IMG/VR virus record: IMGVR_UViG_2778261256_000004 | Coordinates: 1-22,473 of that record | Strand: one strand, 5' to 3' | Source: a virus | Lineage: Duplodnaviria > Heunggongvirae > Uroviricota > Caudoviricetes | Length of the DNA stretch: 22,473 nt | In this document: one piece after another, positions 7,303 through 18,840 of the stretch | How the letters are laid out: every line of letters starts with the position of its first letter | How positions within the stretch are numbered: position 1 is the first letter of the stretch | Notes under the pieces: generated by a model | What the model saw: the letters and a program-made list of their open reading frames with translations, nothing else | What the model was told of the DNA's origin: nothing | Databases searched by the model: none | Position numbers and translations under genes: made by a program

Positions 7303-8200
7303 GCACTGGAAAAACATTACTATTTATAAACTTTCTCGTGAGGCGGATCTGACCGACTTAGAAGATAAAAAGAAAATGATCCTTTTCACGCCATGCGGTA
7401 GTCAGGATATGGCCAAGTTCGGTTTTGTATCGCCATTTGGTGATAATTCCGAAGTTATCGCTATGCATGGAAATGGTTTTATCCTTGTTGAAGCAAAGCG
7501 CGAAACAAAAATTCTTCCCCCGCCGGTTATCCAGCGAGCTATTCAAGAAAAAATTGAAAAACTTGAGCAAGAACAAGCGCGTAAACTGAAGAAAACAGAG
7601 AAGGACTCCCTGAAAGACGAAGTTCTGCATTCTCTTCTGCCACGGGCTTTTTCAAAGTTTTCTGTTATCCAGGCGATCTACGACGGTTCAACTAAACGTA
7701 TCTATATCAATGCCAGCGCGCGGCAGGCAGAGGATATGCTCGCGCTTATGCGTAAGTCTCTGGGTTCTCTTCCTGTTGTTCCCCTGAGTGTTGAAAATCC
7801 CATTGAATTAACGCTGACCGACTGGGTACGTGATGGTAGTGCTCCACAGGGATTTCAAATGGGGGATGCGGCAGAACTTAAGGCAGTGCTTGAGGATGGC
7901 GGTATTGCCCGAGTGAAAAAGCAGGATTTGGGAAGCGATGAAATTTCCACACACCTGGAAGCTGGCAAGCTCGTCACTAAGTTGGCACTCGACTGGCAGA
8001 ACCGCATTAAATTTACACTGGACCATAACTTCAGCCTTACCAGCGTCAAATTTGCGGATGAATTGCTTGAGCAGAACTCTGATATTGATAGTGAAGATGT
8101 TGCGCAGCGACTGGACGCAGATTTCTTCCTGTTGACCAGTGAAATTTCGTGCCTGGTTGATGCTCTGGTAAATGCCCTTGGTGGAGAGGCTAAGCAGTGA
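7295..8200 (+). CDS. hrdC: RdgC-like recombination-associated protein (P1 HrdC)
   Basis: 301 aa from the ATG at 7295. Strong collinear similarity to E. coli RdgC as recalled, including blocks [63 protein letters not shown] and a C-terminal GGEA. The track ORF from 7181 is an upstream extension. Confidence 0.88.
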
Positions 8201-10461
8201 AAGAGCTGTGCTATGGATCTGTTTGCAGTGGAATTGAAGCCGCGAGTATTGCCTGGGAACCGTTGGGTATGCGTCCGGCGTGGTTTGCTGAAATCGAGTC
8301 TTTTCCATCTGCCGTTCTTGCGCACCGCTGGCCCCATGTCGCGAACCTTGGCGACATGACAAAACTCGCCCAAAAAGTCCAGGCTGGAGAAATTGAAGCC
8401 CCTGATGTGCTCGTCGGGGGTACGCCTTGTCAGGCATTCAGTATCGCGGGCTTACGTGGTGGGCTTGATGATGAACGCGGCGCGCTAACTTTGAAGTATG
8501 TGGAGCTTGCAAATGCAATTGACGACAAACGGTCTGAGTCCTTCCTCAAACCGACAGTTATCGTCTGGGAAAATGTCCCAGGAGTCCTGTCATCAGCAGA
8601 CAACGCGTTCGGATGTTTCCTTGCCGGATTGGCTGGAGAAGATGCGCCATTCGAACCTGGTGATCGACCTGAATCACGAAAAAGTAACACGTTCTGGCGG
8701 TGGGATGTCAAAACCGGTTGCCATGCTCCAAAGTGGCCGCAGTGTGGTTGTATTTATGGACCGCAGCGAAAGGTGGCCTGGAGAATCCTTGATGCCCAAT
8801 ACTTCGGAGTGGCACAACGACGCCGACGCGTGTTTGTTGTCGCAAGTGCTCGAACAGACCTCGATCCCGCAACGGTACTTTTTGAGTTCGAAGGCGTGCG
8901 CCGGAATATTGCGCCGAGCCGAAAAAAGAAGGAAATCGCTTCCGCCATTACTGCAAATGGCGCTGCAATCAGTGGCGAAAGCCTAAATCCATGCCTACAC
9001 GCTGGCATGTCCCCCGATATGAAATCGACGAAAGCCGTAAACGGTTTCAGGATGGCGGCATTTGGGGAATATATTGACGATGAAACCGCATCGACAGTAA
9101 AGGCAAGAGACTTTAAAGATGCCACTGACCTTGCCGTTTTTAGCAGCACTGGAGCAGGTTTTTGGTCAGAAGGGCATGGTACATTGCGGGCGCGTGAGCA
9201 AGAAAGCCATGAGCATCTTGTTACATTGGCTTTTCCTGAGCGTATGAGTGGTACACAACATGCAGCAACTAAGAATACTTCACCATCTCTAATGGCTCAA
9301 AATCCAACTGCTGTTTGCTATGAAGTAAGAAACGAAGAAGTAGCTGTCCGCCGTCTTACCCCTGTCGAATGTGAGAGACTTCAAGGTTTTCCTGATGGAC
9401 ATACGTTGATCCCTACGGAAAAGCGTAAAAAAGTTAATTCAGATGAACTGGCATATCTGCGCAATCACTATCCAGATTTAAGCGAAGAAGAGGCCGCGAT
9501 GCTTGCAGCTGACGGACCGCGTTACAAAGCGATCGGCAATAGTATGGCGATACCAGTAATGCGCTGGATTGGCGAGCGGATTACCAAGGCTGCATGTCGG
9601 CAGAATGAAGGGCGTGAAACAAAAGAGCGAAAAGTTAAACCAGCGGCAGAATTCGAACGGTCCATATTCAAATGGGCTGGTGGAAAATTTGGTGTTCTGG
9701 AACAAATCTTTCGCTATTTGCCAGAAGGGAAGCGCCTGATCGAACCTTTTGTCGGTGGCGGAGCTGTCTTCACGAATGCCGGATACCAGGAAAATCTGCT
9801 AAATGATGTGAATGCTGACCTGATTAACTTTTACAAGACTCTGCAACGCGAGGCGCATTCACTTATCACACTGGCGCGTCGGTTTTTCCAGGACTACAAC
9901 ACACAGGAAGGATACCTGGCAGTACGGAATGCGTTTAACAAACAAGTCTATGATGATTTACATCGCGCAGCGGCGTTTTTGTTCCTGAACCGACATTGTT
10001 TTAACGGATTGACGCGTTACAACCAGGCCGGTGAGTTCAATGTCGGTTATGGGAAGTATAAAACTCCGTATTTCCCATTACAGGAGATGGAAGCCTTCCT
10101 CGGTGCGGAAGGGTGTTCTGAGTTTGTATGTGGTGATTTTGCTGCGGTGATTGAAGCTGCCGGAGAAGGAGATGTCATCTTCTGTGATCCGCCGTATGAA
10201 CCGCTTCCAAATACAGAGGGATTCACGAACTATTCCGGTCATGACTTTAAGTTTGAAGAGCAAAAACGCCTAGTGTCTCTGTTGACGGATGCTCATCGCC
10301 GAGGTGCAAAGGTTCTCATTACTAACAGTGGCGCGCCAAACATCAGAGAGCTTTATCATGACAATGGCTTCAGAGTGGAGCCTCTTTTTGCCAGACGTTC
10401 TGTGTCTTGTAAGGGGGACACTCGAGGTGTTGCTCATGACGTTTTAGGTATATTGCTCTAA
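8197..10461 (+). CDS. dmt: Bifunctional DNA methyltransferase: N-terminal C5-cytosine MTase fused to C-terminal Dam-like N6-adenine MTase (P1 Dmt-like)
   Basis: 754 aa with GTG start overlapping the hrdC stop, behind a GGAGAGG RBS. C5 motifs [12 protein letters not shown] (PCQ), VIVWENVPG (ENV), [12 protein letters not shown] and [10 protein letters not shown]. The C-terminal 270 aa align block by block with E. coli Dam ([42 protein letters not shown], catalytic FCDPPYEP). Confidence 0.92.
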   Translation: MKELCYGSVCSGIEAASIAWEPLGMRPAWFAEIESFPSAVLAHRWPHVANLGDMTKLAQKVQAGEIEAPDVLVGGTPCQAFSIAGLRGGLDDERGALTLKYVELANAIDDKRSESFLKPTVIVWENVPGVLSSADNAFGCFLAGLAGEDAPFEPGDRPESRKSNTFWRWDVKTGCHAPKWPQCGCIYGPQRKVAWRILDAQYFGVAQRRRRVFVVASARTDLDPATVLFEFEGVRRNIAPSRKKKEIASAITANGAAISGESLNPCLHAGMSPDMKSTKAVNGFRMAAFGEYIDDETASTVKARDFKDATDLAVFSSTGAGFWSEGHGTLRAREQESHEHLVTLAFPERMSGTQHAATKNTSPSLMAQNPTAVCYEVRNEEVAVRRLTPVECERLQGFPDGHTLIPTEKRKKVNSDELAYLRNHYPDLSEEEAAMLAADGPRYKAIGNSMAIPVMRWIGERITKAACRQNEGRETKERKVKPAAEFERSIFKWAGGKFGVLEQIFRYLPEGKRLIEPFVGGGAVFTNAGYQENLLNDVNADLINFYKTLQREAHSLITLARRFFQDYNTQEGYLAVRNAFNKQVYDDLHRAAAFLFLNRHCFNGLTRYNQAGEFNVGYGKYKTPYFPLQEMEAFLGAEGCSEFVCGDFAAVIEAAGEGDVIFCDPPYEPLPNTEGFTNYSGHDFKFEEQKRLVSLLTDAHRRGAKVLITNSGAPNIRELYHDNGFRVEPLFARRSVSCKGDTRGVAHDVLGILL

Positions 10462-10479
10462 TAAATTTATTAGTGTAAT
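10452..10479. promoter_or_regulatory. Overlapping bipartite C1 operator at the dmt stop codon
   Basis: ATTGCTCTAATAAATTT at 10452-10468 is a 17 of 17 match to the recalled C1 operator consensus and includes the dmt TAA stop. An inverted second copy, AAATTTATTAGTGTAAT at about 10463-10479, matches 15 of 17. Confidence 0.65.
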
Positions 10480-10642
10480 ATCGCCTCAATGAATCGTGAT
10501 TTATAGAGCGATTTAGCTGTTAGCCGCGACAGGCGCGGCGGTAAGCATGGCTGGGCCTAGTCCTCCCAGACAAACCACCGAGTTGCCAGGTTGACCATGC
10601 GCCTAAGTGGCAACGCCGAAGTGCGTTACGAGCTTCCAGTTT

Positions 10643-10668
10643 GCCCATCTTCGGGTGGGCGTTTTTTT
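10643..10668 (+). terminator. Strong intrinsic terminator (UUCG tetraloop hairpin plus U tract)
   Basis: GCCCATC-TTCG-GGTGGGC gives a 7-bp stem with one G-U pair and a UUCG loop, followed by GTTTTTTT. About 180 bp downstream of the dmt stop and the operator pair. Confidence 0.7.
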
Positions 10669-11133
10669 CAGGGTTTTCGTCATGGTTAGCGACTTTGCGG
10701 CGGTTTAGAAACTGACCATTAAAGTAAATGCAAACGATGATCTGATGATGGTAGCGGCCTAAGAAGCCAGACGCCACGGGGTATGAGTCGTCCCCCGTCA
10801 AAAAATCGACCGCAGAGTGTCCCCGTCTGTGTATTAGGGAACGGGGAGGCACAACAGGTAAGGGCGCTGGTGTGATTAACCAGATGAACGAGAAGGGGCC
10901 ATCTGTTGGTCAGCGTCCTTTCCTGTTGCGTCTTCTTTTCAGCGTAACAGCGGTGCTTAACAGCACTTTGGGTACAGTTCCACGAATTTACGGGTATATC
11001 CCGTCATGCTGAAGGCGCTAATCACGCTGGAAGCCAGGGTTGTGCATCCCCTGTTACCGAATTGCAGCCAGGGCGCGGTGCGCCGAAAAGCATACGGAGG
11101 TGGAAGCCCTCGCCGGAGACGTACCCGGCAAGT

Positions 11134-11209
11134 GATGGTGTAGCTCAGCGGTTAGAGCGGTTGACTGTTAATCAACGGGTCGATGGTTCAAATCCATCCG
11201 CCATCGCCA
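11134..11209 (+). tRNA. tRNA-Asn (anticodon GUU)
   Basis: 76-nt canonical cloverleaf folded by hand: acceptor GATGGTG/CGCCATC, D-arm GCTC-AGCGGTTA-GAGC, anticodon arm GTTGA-CTGTTAA-TCAAC, T-arm GATGG-TTCAAAT-CCATC, encoded CCA. The anticodon loop is identical to E. coli tRNA-Asn. Confidence 0.88.
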
Positions 11210-11211
11210 AT

Positions 11212-11287
11212 GCCGGTTTAGCTCAGTTGGTAGAGCGCCTGCCTTGTAAGCAGGATGTCAGCGGTTCGAGTCCGTTAATCGGCACCA
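11212..11287 (+). tRNA. tRNA-Thr (anticodon UGU)
   Basis: 76-nt cloverleaf 2 nt after tRNA-Asn: acceptor GCCGGTT/AATCGGC, anticodon arm CCTGC-CTTGTAA-GCAGG, T-arm AGCGG-TTCGAGT-CCGTT, encoded CCA. Confidence 0.88.
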
Positions 11288-12214
11288 ACACAACAGGTAA
11301 GGGTATTTTGCGACGTCGGAGATCGCCGTGCTTGGCAGAGGGTTCGAATCCCTACGAAGTACCCTTACCGTTGTGATGAATGCGCAGGCTGATGCGCGAA
11401 AGACATTGCAGCTATTGCGGAAAAGAGCTGTTCGGCGGGGCAATTAAACGCCCGTGAGAGTCTGAAATAACCGCAAGCCGGAGATCAGCACCGGTCATCA
11501 CAACACAACAGGTAAGGGCATTCTCCCTTATGGGGCTTGGCTTAAATGCATCGAGTGCTCTTACCGTTGTGATGAAGTGCAGCTCTTTGAAGCAACCAGA
11601 AGATAAGCATCTGGCTTCACAACATAAACCGCAGGAACGACCAATAAACGGTAGTCCGTATGGAGAACACCCCGTTGAGGAAGAGGCCTGGCCGGAACCG
11701 TAACCGGCACTACAACGTTGAGAACACTGGCGTAACGGGGTCATATCCCAATCTACGAATAAATGTTGCGTTGCAGCGTGACAACCAGTGTTCTCAACAT
11801 TGTGGTGAATGCACAGGCTGATGTGCCGCAACTACAGTAGTGCGCGCTTTGCGGGGCTTGCTACAACCCTGTGTCGGAGTTCAGCACCGACCATCACAGT
11901 TTGATTCTCTGGCATGAGCATAACGCTGAAATAAGTCCAGTCTGGTGCGGCCCGATCACCCGCCGTTAGCTCCACGAAACGGAGCACGTAACAGGTAAGA
12001 GCATTCTCCTGTAACGGGTTCATATCCCAATCTACAGGTCCACCAGGAATGCTCTTTCCGTTGCGGTGAATGCGGCTAAGCGCACGCGGAACAGTTAAAA
12101 CAATCCTCCTTAATGGTTAAACATTCCGGCGTTAATTGTTAACTGGTTAACGTCACCGGGAGGCACTCGGCACCGCAATCTAATAAATATGTCACTTTTA
12201 TTGAGGGATAACCA

Positions 12215-12649
12215 ATGTTCGGTAAATTGTTCGGCAAGAAAGTCGCTTCTGCAAAAGTAGAGCTGAAAAAAGTTGAGAATCGCGATCTGATGGAGGCCAT
12301 CATCGGTGGCTGTTTGTTGGTGTCTGCCGCTGATGGTGAAATCGAAAAAGAAGAAACAGCGAAACTTGATCAGCTTGTCCGCTCTAATCCGCGTCTTAGT
12401 CATTTTGGTAACGAAATTACTGCAACAATTACCCGCTTTACCGAGCAACTGGAAGCTGGCTTCCGTGTTGGTCGCATGAATATCCTTCGCGAAATTGAAG
12501 ATATCAAAAACGATCCAAAAGAAGCGGAAGAAGTATTCGTTAACATGCTGACAATTGCAGAAGCGGACGGTGAAATCGAGCCAGCAGAACACAAAGTACT
12601 GGAAGAAGTAGGCCGTCGTTTAGGTCTTCGTGTGGAAGATTATCTGTAA
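12215..12649 (+). CDS. tciA: TerB-like tellurite-resistance family protein (P1 TciA-like)
   Basis: 144-aa ORF with ATG at 12215 behind a GAGGGA RBS. Duplicated A(A/E)ADGEIE motif and acidic helical character typical of the TerB fold. Followed by two tiny overlapping membrane-peptide genes, as in the P1 tci cluster. Confidence 0.8.
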   Translation: MFGKLFGKKVASAKVELKKVENRDLMEAIIGGCLLVSAADGEIEKEETAKLDQLVRSNPRLSHFGNEITATITRFTEQLEAGFRVGRMNILREIEDIKNDPKEAEEVFVNMLTIAEADGEIEPAEHKVLEEVGRRLGLRVEDYL

Positions 12650-12813
12650 TGGCAAGCAAGGCACGTATCGCAATCGCCATTGGTTTTCTCTTGCTGTCCG
12701 TGCTGGTGGATTTCACCAGCACAATCCTGTCAGTTTTATCGGACGGGGCGTTGGTGGCAGTAGCTGTAACATTGGTATGGCCGATATTAAAAACAGCTTC
12801 TAAGGATCAGTGA
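12649..12813 (+). CDS. Small hydrophobic peptide, 54 aa (tciB-like)
   Basis: ATG overlaps the tciA stop (TAATG). Sequence MASKARIAIAIGFLLLSVLVDFTSTILSVLSDGALVAVAVTLVWPILKTASKDQ is two predicted transmembrane helices. Below the ORF-track size cut-off; found by hand. Confidence 0.55.
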   Translation: MASKARIAIAIGFLLLSVLVDFTSTILSVLSDGALVAVAVTLVWPILKTASKDQ

Positions 12814-12920
12814 TGGGCTTCTGGGATTTTGCTGACAAGCATCCAATTGTTCTCGTTGTCATTGCTGGCATAGTTGTAGGCGGTATTGCTGGCGTCATAG
12901 AAGCACTCAGGAAACAGTAA
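12813..12920 (+). CDS. Small hydrophobic peptide, 35 aa (tciC-like)
   Basis: ATG overlaps the preceding stop (TGATG). Sequence MGFWDFADKHPIVLVVIAGIVVGGIAGVIEALRKQ is a single predicted transmembrane helix. Found by hand. Confidence 0.5.
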   Translation: MGFWDFADKHPIVLVVIAGIVVGGIAGVIEALRKQ

Positions 12921-12923
12921 TCC

Positions 12924-12999
12924 GGCCCTTTAGCTCAGTGGTTAGAGCTGGCGACTCATAATCGCACGGTCACCGGTTCAAGTCCGGTAGGGGCCACCA
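12924..12999 (+). tRNA. tRNA-Ile (CAU anticodon, lysidine type; host ileX-like)
   Basis: 76-nt cloverleaf: acceptor GGCCCTT/AGGGGCC, anticodon arm GGCGA-CTCATAA-TCGCA, T-arm ACCGG-TTCAAGT-CCGGT, encoded CCA. Near-identical over most positions to E. coli tRNA-Ile2 as recalled, which favours Ile over Met. Confidence 0.8.
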
Positions 13000-13285
13000 T
13001 ATTTGGTTGTAACACGGCGTCTGGCACATGCGTCGTTAGCGGTCTGGTGACGTTAAAAGGGGGGAACCTTGCCCCTAGCTCAGGCAACGAACCAGGTAGC
13101 CGGAATGTGCAAGCCACCGTTTGTTGTTTCTCGGGTAAAGGGATTCACCATCCTGGCGATTCGGTGTGACAGCCGGGAAGAGTCCGGCGCATTAATCCTG
13201 ATTTTCTGGTGATGACTCATATCGTTAGGAGTGATTTGAGTATGCCGATTATATCTGACATTCAGCACGCCTGGGTGGAGTGCTA

Positions 13286-14650
13286 ATGTCTGCATCCCCT
13301 CTTGAATCCATGCCAAATTCCCTTAGTGCAGAACAAGCTGTACTTGGTGGCTTAATGCTTGATAACTGCCGCTGGGATGAAGTTGCAGATCGTATAGTTG
13401 CTGATGATTTTTATACCAGTGCTCATCGTGAAATTTTCAGTGAGATGGAGAGGTTATTAAGTCATGGCAAACCGATTGATTTGATAACACTTGCTGAAGC
13501 ACTTGAACAGAACGGTAAATTAGAACGCGCCGGTGGTTTTGCGTACCTTGCGGAGATGTCAAAGAACACGCCCAGCGCGGCAAATATTTGTGCTTATGCG
13601 GATATCGTTCGTGAACGCGCGGTTGTTCGTGAAATGATTTCCGTCGCAAATGAAATAGCCGAAGCTGGATATGCGCAGGATGGCAGGGGCAGCAATGAAT
13701 TGCTGGATATGGCCGAGCGCCGCGTTTTTGAAATAGCTGAAAAACGACAAAAGAGCGGTAGTGGTCCAAAAGATATCGCCAGCATTCTCGATGCAACGGT
13801 ATCTCGCATAGAAGAGTTGTTTCAGCGACCGCATGATGGTGTAACGGGGCTTGATACCGGATTTACCGATCTCAATAAGAAGACGGCAGGACTTCAGGCG
13901 TCCGATCTCATTATTGTCGCCGCCCGCCCATCGATGGGGAAGACTACGTTTGCGATGAATCTCGTCGAAAATGCCGCAGCCCGTAACGATAAGCCCGTAT
14001 TGGTTTTTAGCCTTGAGATGCCGAGCCACCAGCTGATGATGCGCTCACTGGCTTCTCTTGCACGCGTTGATCAGACTCGTATTCGAACAGGGCAACTTAA
14101 CGACGAGGATTGGGCGCGGGTTTCTGGCGCAATGGGGATTCTGTTGGACAAGCAGAATATTTTTATTGATGACTCAAGCGCCCTGACACCTACAGAGCTT
14201 CGTTCCCGCGCTCGTCGTGTTTATAAAGAAAATGGTGGTTTGAGCATGATTATGATCGACTACCTGCAACTTATGCGCGTCCCCGAGCTGCAAGATAACC
14301 GAACGCTGGAAATTGCCGAGATTTCTCGCTCACTGAAGGCTTTGGCGAAGGAATTACAAGTACCGGTGGTGGCATTGTCACAACTTAATCGATCGCTTGA
14401 ACAGCGTGCGGACAAACGACCGGTAAATTCAGATTTACGTGAATCAGGAGCAATTGAGCAGGACGCAGACCTGATCATGTTTCTGTATCGCGACGAAGTT
14501 TATCACCCGGATAGCGAAATGAAGGGCATTGCCGAGGTGATTATCGGTAAGCAACGAAATGGCCCAATTGGCACGGTGAGATTGGCTTTTAACGGCCAAT
14601 ACTCACGGTTTGATAACTATGCCGGTGCTGACTGGCAAGAGGATTATTAA
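13286..14650 (+). CDS. ban: Replicative DNA helicase, DnaB family (P1 Ban-like)
   Basis: 454 aa from the ATG at 13286 behind a GGTGGAG RBS (the track frame starts at GTG 13280). Collinear with E. coli DnaB over the whole length as recalled (SAEQAVLGGLMLDN, Walker A ARPSMGKTTFAMNL, IDYLQLM, SQLNRSLEQRADKRP, IIGKQRNGPIGTV). Confidence 0.93.
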   Translation: MSASPLESMPNSLSAEQAVLGGLMLDNCRWDEVADRIVADDFYTSAHREIFSEMERLLSHGKPIDLITLAEALEQNGKLERAGGFAYLAEMSKNTPSAANICAYADIVRERAVVREMISVANEIAEAGYAQDGRGSNELLDMAERRVFEIAEKRQKSGSGPKDIASILDATVSRIEELFQRPHDGVTGLDTGFTDLNKKTAGLQASDLIIVAARPSMGKTTFAMNLVENAAARNDKPVLVFSLEMPSHQLMMRSLASLARVDQTRIRTGQLNDEDWARVSGAMGILLDKQNIFIDDSSALTPTELRSRARRVYKENGGLSMIMIDYLQLMRVPELQDNRTLEIAEISRSLKALAKELQVPVVALSQLNRSLEQRADKRPVNSDLRESGAIEQDADLIMFLYRDEVYHPDSEMKGIAEVIIGKQRNGPIGTVRLAFNGQYSRFDNYAGADWQEDY

Positions 14651-15648
14651 TGCAATGGAATGAGGAAAAGCCGATGAACATCCTGATCATTGGGCGAAAA
14701 TTTGAAGCTATCAGTGATGTGAAAACATATACGGAAATGTGGGCTTATAACCTGGCCTGCGCCTTTAGTGAGGCAGGGGTAACATTGCAATACCATCGTC
14801 CATATTCCCCCAGCGTCGAAAGCCAGGAGGATTATGTTGAAGCTGTGTTGACCGCTGCGACCTCGTGTTCTGCGAAAGCCATTTTAGCGCCAGGATTGCG
14901 GTATTTTACTACGGTGCCCAGGGAAATAGGAGTGCAACTGCGTCGTCGATTCACTGGATGGGTAGCCCAGGTATACGACGGTTCTATGCTGGATTCGGCA
15001 CCAGTCGATATTACTTTTACTGTCCGCGATGATACCTGGCGGTACCTGGATAATCCCGGCAGGTTAGAGCGTCATAATCGCTTTAACAAACATGTTGGAT
15101 GGGCAGCGAATCAGGATCTGTTCCATCTGGAAACCAAAACAGACGATGTTCTGCGTATTTTTGTAGACCACGCTGCATTTGATGTTAGTGGTTTTGATCA
15201 CTCCTTAAGTATCCTTATGAACCTTCAGCGTCTGACCGTTCCGTATGAGGCCAGAACGTTGACTGATGATGGATTGGTTACCATTGATCCGGGGAATATT
15301 TCGGTAACTCCATACAGACGGACGCCGGTGCCAGCAACCGAATTTGCAGCTGAATTGCGTAAGAGTGACGTTTTTATCGTTACGCATCCCGAAAGCCTTG
15401 GATTAACTGTTCTTGAGGCGGCAATGTGCGGGGCGTTGGTATTAACGCCTCCCGATTGCCTTCCGCCAGATCGCCTGGCTTTGGTGAACCATATGGTTAT
15501 CAAGTCGCGGATTGATTGGGATGAGGTTATTGCTCGCGTTGATCGCGTGAAAAATGCTGAAAAGGTCCAGTGTCACACCTGGTCGGCAATTGCGGAAAAG
15601 ATGCTTGAGACGTTTATCACGCAGAAACCGTCGTGCGGTAACGGATAA
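14650..15648 (+). CDS. Glycosyltransferase-like protein (GT-B fold C-terminal motif), co-transcribed downstream of ban
   Basis: 332-aa ORF whose ATG overlaps the ban stop. An alternative ATG at 14674 has a better GAGG RBS. The C-terminal HPESLGLTVLEAAMCGALVLTP matches the E-x7-E region of group-1 glycosyltransferases (motif inference). Confidence 0.65.
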   Translation: MQWNEEKPMNILIIGRKFEAISDVKTYTEMWAYNLACAFSEAGVTLQYHRPYSPSVESQEDYVEAVLTAATSCSAKAILAPGLRYFTTVPREIGVQLRRRFTGWVAQVYDGSMLDSAPVDITFTVRDDTWRYLDNPGRLERHNRFNKHVGWAANQDLFHLETKTDDVLRIFVDHAAFDVSGFDHSLSILMNLQRLTVPYEARTLTDDGLVTIDPGNISVTPYRRTPVPATEFAAELRKSDVFIVTHPESLGLTVLEAAMCGALVLTPPDCLPPDRLALVNHMVIKSRIDWDEVIARVDRVKNAEKVQCHTWSAIAEKMLETFITQKPSCGNG

Positions 15649-15670
15649 AAATTGAACCCATTATAAAAGA

Positions 15671-15690
15671 AAAGCCCGATCGCCGGGCTT
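15671..15690. terminator. Bidirectional intrinsic terminator between convergent operons
   Basis: GCCCG-atcgc-CGGGC hairpin flanked by AAAAGAAAA on the left and TTTTCTT on the right, so it has a U tract on either strand. Sits between the dbn-like stop (15648) and the minus-strand gene ending at 15694. Confidence 0.7.
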
Positions 15691-15693
15691 TTC

Positions 15694-18840
<3,147 letters not shown>

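Larger units (their letters stand above)
10851..12090 (+). repeat. Family of at least five diverged structured repeat units flanking the tRNA genes (candidate ncRNA or tRNA-derived elements)
   Basis: Recurring left arm ACAACAGGTAAG(G/A)G at about 10851, 11290, 11505 and 11991. Recurring right arm C(C/T)CTT(A/T)CCGTTG(T/C)GRTGAA plus GC hairpin at about 11362-11398, 11558-11580, 11799-11828 and 12052-12088. Shared internal 16-mer TCATATCCCAATCTAC at 11741 and 12020. Shared leader CGGAG(A/T)TCAGCACCG at 11479 and 11874. No credible ORF; track ORFs here overlap tRNAs. Confidence 0.5.

Noticed and set aside
7808-9149. Minus-strand ORFs 7808..8437, 7855..8373, 8430..8711 and 8754..9149 inside hrdC and dmt
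   Set aside because: Antisense to two genes with strong domain evidence; low-complexity Ser/Arg-rich translations typical of non-coding frames.
11290-11370. Repeat unit 1 as a third tRNA gene after tRNA-Thr
   Set aside because: It has a T-arm-like GGTTCGAATCC and a 10-bp terminal stem, but extra nucleotides between the T-arm and the 3-prime stem strand and no proper D-arm or anticodon arm. It was kept as a tRNA-like structured element, not called as a tRNA.
11062-12023. ORFs 11062..11376 (plus), 11258..11443, 11412..11831 and 11832..12023 (minus) in the tRNA and repeat region
   Set aside because: The first reads straight through tRNA-Asn and tRNA-Thr. The others are Cys/Arg-rich with no RBS and span the structured repeats, so the region is better explained as RNA-coding or regulatory.
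10851-12090. CRISPR array or type III toxin-antitoxin (ToxI-like) repeat array
   Set aside because: Units are long (about 110-440 bp), unequal and diverged rather than short identical repeats with unique spacers or a tandem 36-nt array, and no cas or toxN-like gene is adjacent.
12176-12192. Possible additional C1 operator upstream of tciA (contains CTAATAAAT)
   Set aside because: Only about 11 of 17 positions match the operator consensus and the conserved ATTGCT part is missing; it may simply be an AT-rich promoter element.
12110-12592. 160-aa minus-strand ORF overlapping tciA, plus ORFs 12400..12594 and 12540..12722
   Set aside because: Antisense to the well-supported TerB-like gene and the hand-found membrane peptides; no motif.
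13002-13285. Hairpin-rich 280-bp spacer between tRNA-Ile and ban as a separate RNA gene
   Set aside because: It has several short GC hairpins but no repeat-family arms, no terminator and no tRNA fold. Most simply it is a processed leader of ban, although a small RNA cannot be excluded without expression data.
13437-14478. Minus-strand ORFs 13437..13796, 13559..14029, 13594..13809 and 14260..14478 inside ban
   Set aside because: Embedded antisense in a gene collinear with DnaB over its whole length.
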